Below are positions 6,784 to 9,362 of a DNA stretch of 9,362 nt, in pieces. Below the pieces are notes generated by a model. That model saw only the letters and a list, made by a program, of their open reading frames with translations, did no database searches and was not told where the DNA came from. A program made the position numbers and the translations under genes. Numbering within the stretch: position 1 is the stretch's first letter; every line of letters starts with the position of its first letter. Where the stretch lies: assembly GCA_038826135.1 (NCBI GenBank), contig JAWBON010000047.1, forward strand, positions 1 through 9,362, in the 5' to 3' direction. The stretch comes from Candidatus Odinarchaeota archaeon. Its GTDB lineage: Archaea > Asgardarchaeota > Odinarchaeia > Odinarchaeales > Odinarchaeaceae.

Positions 6784-7059
6784 TTAGGCAAACTCTAATT
6801 TTTTAAGCCTCATACCTTTCCGCTGAATAACGTAGCCGCACTCCTTACACTTATATTTTAACAGCTGTTTCTTAGTTGTTTTAGCAAATTTTTTCTGGAT
6901 TGGTTTAGGTTGACTACCGTATCCTGCTTTCTTCCTAGCGTATCTTCTAGCACCCTCTGATAACGGGCTGTCCCTACCCTTCTTATATAATGCAACTGTA
7001 TGCTCGGTGTGAGTTTTACATTTAGGACAGTATGTGTTAACCGTTTTTACCATTCTCAT
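6784..7059 (-). CDS. rpl44e: 50S ribosomal protein L44e (eL42), 91 aa
   Basis: TYCPKCKTHTEHTV..YKKG….L..G.RRY.RK..GYGSQPKP…K.AKTTKK..LKYKCKECG is the L44e signature with zinc-finger cysteines. The start overlaps the gins15 3' end by 23 nt. Confidence 0.96.
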   Translation of the reverse strand: MRMVKTVNTYCPKCKTHTEHTVALYKKGRDSPLSEGARRYARKKAGYGSQPKPIQKKFAKTTKKQLLKYKCKECGYVIQRKGMRLKKLEFA

Positions 7060-7534
7060 ATTTTCTACCCCACATTATTTCAACAGCAGCGTTTCTTTTA
7101 ATAAGTGCGAGTGCGTTTTTAACCGGTAGTGTGGCCACATCCTCGGCGTTGAAAGGCCCGTAGTTTTGCAGGTCTGAACCTACAATGGTAGGAATTGATT
7201 GCAGTAATCGAATTATTAAATATTTCGGTTCATGACTCTCGCTTTCTAAATGTTTCCTGCTGTTATCCTCCGGATTTAAATTCACCGTTTCCCTGTCTAG
7301 TTTAGTGCTTTCAACGCGGCTTTTATGATTAGTTTCTTCTTCAAAATATTCTACCAGTAATTTAAGATTGGCTATTTTCCGTTCACATATTTTTTTGACT
7401 ATAGGCGTCTTAGCTTCTAATGCGCTTTGAAGAGATTTTAAATATTCTATTATTTTATTTTTAATTTCGCTTTCTACCTTACCGTCGTTTTTAACTTTGG
7501 CCGCCATCCAAGCCCTATATATTTCATCATACAT
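7037..7534 (-). CDS. gins15: GINS complex subunit, Gins15/Gins51 type (A-B domain order), 165 aa
   Basis: The C-terminal B domain YLIIRLLQSIPTIVGSDLQNYGPFNAEDVATLPVKNALALIKRNAAVEI (105-153) is typical of Gins15. The N-terminus is helical. It lies between priS and rpl44e, its established archaeal context. GGGGAG is present upstream (7545-7550). Confidence 0.85.
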   Translation of the reverse strand: MYDEIYRAWMAAKVKNDGKVESEIKNKIIEYLKSLQSALEAKTPIVKKICERKIANLKLLVEYFEEETNHKSRVESTKLDRETVNLNPEDNSRKHLESESHEPKYLIIRLLQSIPTIVGSDLQNYGPFNAEDVATLPVKNALALIKRNAAVEIMWGRKYENGKNG

Positions 7535-7565
7535 TATTATTCAACTCCCCTGATCTAGAAAATGG

Positions 7566-7579
7566 TTTAAATATATTTA
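7566..7579 (-). promoter_or_regulatory. Candidate internal promoter (TATA-like) upstream of gins15
   Basis: The 50-bp priS-gins15 spacer holds an AT-only tract, TAAATATATTTAAA on the minus strand, 32-45 bp upstream of ATG 7534. It includes the 12-bp palindrome TAAATATATTTA (7568-7579). Confidence 0.35.
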
Positions 7580-7584
7580 TTATG

Positions 7585-8853
7585 TTAAGTGCTCTGAGAT
7601 ATTATTTCCGCAACGTTTTTACATGCGAGGAACACTCCCACGCTCGTAGGGAGCTCGGCAACTTCATTGTAGAAGGGCCCGTATGAGGAATCGTTTATCA
7701 CTATTCTGGGAGCCCTGTTTATTTTAACTTTCACATAGCCTTTAAAAACCTGTGAGTCCTTCAACGGGTTGAATTCTTCTAATTCCTCTCTTGTAAGAAG
7801 CTGGGTTTTAAACCCGGTTTTACCGTTAAGGGAGTTAGGGAGTCGTATAAGCCTATGGATGTCTGCTGTTACCGGTTCATCTATTTTACCAGCGTAAAGC
7901 TTGATAGCGGCTTCAATTATTTTCCCCCAATCGTTTATCTTAAGTTTAGCCAGATCCCAGCTGATACCGTTTACGCCGGGTATTCGTGTATCCTTTAATG
8001 ATAGGCTGGTTACTAGGAAGTCTCTGTTATCTAATAATATTTTTCTTTTAGGTTTATTGAATCCTATACTGGTAAGCGCTTTTTCATCAGTTTCTGATAG
8101 GAATCTTGAAACATACCTGTTTATTCTACCCCGCCAACCGTAATCGTCTGATTTAGGGCCGACTATTATCCTCCCAGGTATTTGTATAAGACCGTGGAAC
8201 TCCGGGGTCACACCGTTTCCAGTAATATAGTCGATTAACTCTTTTCTAGCGTTAGCGTCTAATGTTTTAATTTTATCATCCTCTACGTGAATATGGTAGC
8301 CTCTATGCCCTGAAAAAGCGAGGAATATTTTAGCCGGGTCTAAACTTAGATCTGATATTAGGAACTCATCTAGTACCTTAATTATTTCTTTTTTCGCAGT
8401 GTTCAAGCAATCACGGCATATCCAGGTGATTTTAGAAATATCTTTATTACCGCACTTCGGACAGCCTGCAGGGGGATCTCCTTTACCTTCAGCCTTACAT
8501 TTACTGCAGATCCAGATGTCATGCTCTTTTTTGCATGCAGTGTCTAAGTGATCAGCGTCTACATCAAATATTAGATCACATCCAGTCCAGTTTTTTCCCG
8601 TCATATCCGGAGCTGCAGGGTTTGTATAATATGCAGCTGAGTGATAGCAGTCGGAGGGGCCTAGCCTTTTACAGAAATCGATTAACTGTTTTAAATCTTC
8701 AAAAACTATGTGTCTGAGAAAATTAGGGTTATCGAAGAATAGGAACCCCCACTCTCTCCTAGCCGGTTTATCGACTTTAAACTCTTCAAATGTTATTTTT
8801 GAATAATATTCCTGGAATTTACTTCTTAGAAATATTCTTGTTTCCTCATCTAT
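7585..8853 (-). CDS. priS: DNA primase small (catalytic) subunit PriS, ~422 aa if started at ATA 8853
   Basis: AEP motifs are DLIFDVDADH (DxD at nt 8557-8565), FSGHRGYHIHV and VTADIHRLIRLPNSLNGKTG. The frame stays open 83 codons upstream of the ORF-track ATG (8604) and encodes conserved PriS N-terminal words (TRIFLRSKFQEYY, RREWGF, LRH, YHSAAYYTNP). The product identity is secure; the start codon is inferred. Confidence 0.93.
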   Translation of the reverse strand: MDEETRIFLRSKFQEYYSKITFEEFKVDKPARREWGFLFFDNPNFLRHIVFEDLKQLIDFCKRLGPSDCYHSAAYYTNPAAPDMTGKNWTGCDLIFDVDADHLDTACKKEHDIWICSKCKAEGKGDPPAGCPKCGNKDISKITWICRDCLNTAKKEIIKVLDEFLISDLSLDPAKIFLAFSGHRGYHIHVEDDKIKTLDANARKELIDYITGNGVTPEFHGLIQIPGRIIVGPKSDDYGWRGRINRYVSRFLSETDEKALTSIGFNKPKRKILLDNRDFLVTSLSLKDTRIPGVNGISWDLAKLKINDWGKIIEAAIKLYAGKIDEPVTADIHRLIRLPNSLNGKTGFKTQLLTREELEEFNPLKDSQVFKGYVKVKINRAPRIVINDSSYGPFYNEVAELPTSVGVFLACKNVAEIISQST

Positions 8854-9362
8854 TTTCTTTCACCAATTTCTTTCTGTTATAGTATCTTAATGGATGTGAT
8901 ATTTTACTGCATGTTTCATCCATATTTGAACATAATGAATATGTTTTCAATGTTTTACATGATGGTGGAGTGTATCTTGGTTTACTTGCATCTTTGCCTT
9001 TTATATGCTCTATTTGATATCTTGTTAATTTTTCATTGAAATCAGGCGCCGCTTTGAATAATTCAATAATTTCATCCTCGCTCATACCTATGTTTAATAG
9101 AAAAGATGTGAGTGTAAATCTGCCTTGATGTGATATGTTTTCTCCTAGTAATATTTTTGTTAAGAGTTCGCGGATGCAAGGCGGGAACGCTTCTTTTCTT
9201 ATAGGCCCTTCTATTTTAGTGTCTGGGAAACCTATGTTCTTCTTTAACTTCACCCAATCTGCTTTTAAATATTCAATAAGGCCTAGGAAACTATTATCCA
9301 ACTCTTTTAAATCGGGTTTAACAAGTTTTCTTGAGGCTAAATCTAATCTAACTCTCTCACTT
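8846..9362 (-). CDS. priL: DNA primase large subunit PriL, C-terminal 4Fe-4S domain (partial, starts beyond right edge)
   Basis: The frame is open from the right edge (…SERVRLDLASRKLVKPDLKELDNSF…), so TTG 9301 is not the true start. It contains FPPCI, HQGRFTLTSFLLNIG, PDFNEKLTRYQIEHI, YTPPSCKTLKTYSLC…C…HPLRYY with four Fe-S cysteines. Confidence 0.93.
   Translation of the reverse strand, partial: SERVRLDLASRKLVKPDLKELDNSFLGLIEYLKADWVKLKKNIGFPDTKIEGPIRKEAFPPCIRELLTKILLGENISHQGRFTLTSFLLNIGMSEDEIIELFKAAPDFNEKLTRYQIEHIKGKDASKPRYTPPSCKTLKTYSLCSNMDETCSKISHPLRYYNRKKLVKENR
8860..8864 (-). promoter_or_regulatory. Shine-Dalgarno-like site for priS inside the priL 3' end
   Basis: GGTGA on the minus strand, 6 nt upstream of ATA 8853. 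It matches the GGTGAT-type SD seen before rps27e. Confidence 0.5.

Noticed and set aside
7585-8604. ORF-track priS start at ATG 8604
   Set aside because: It would delete conserved PriS N-terminal motifs encoded in the same open frame up to 8853.
7901-8717. Plus-strand ORFs 7901-8143 and 8535-8717
   Set aside because: Antisense to priS; no independent evidence.
8846-9301. ORF-track priL start at TTG 9301
   Set aside because: The frame remains open to the window edge and PriL needs its N-terminal domain, so the gene is partial.
1-9362. CRISPR array, IS element or rRNA/tRNA genes
   Set aside because: No regularly spaced DNA repeats, transposase motifs or structural-RNA signatures were seen, and nearly all of the window is accounted for by protein genes.

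Overview
Archaeal chromosomal housekeeping region of moderate-to-low GC. Motif content suggests a TACK/Asgard-type lineage, which is inference only. The left edge carries the 5' 509 codons of an XPD/Rad3-family Fe-S helicase (minus strand). After a 272-bp divergent intergenic region comes a 1232-aa oligosaccharyltransferase (AglB/STT3). It has a complete, strongly eukaryote-like catalytic core (about residues 1-712) fused to about 520 residues of five tandem ~100-aa beta-rich repeats carrying about 31 N-X-S/T sequons. It converges, with a 6-bp palindromic overlap, on the end of a minus-strand replication/translation operon: priL (partial) - priS - gins15 - rpl44e - rps27e - aIF2-alpha - nop10. 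The ORF track misses xpd and nop10. It also truncates priS, whose conserved N-terminal 83 codons contain no ATG/GTG/TTG and which most plausibly starts at an ATA codon. No CRISPR array, tRNA/rRNA gene or mobile element was recognised. All translations, alignments and counts were done by hand.
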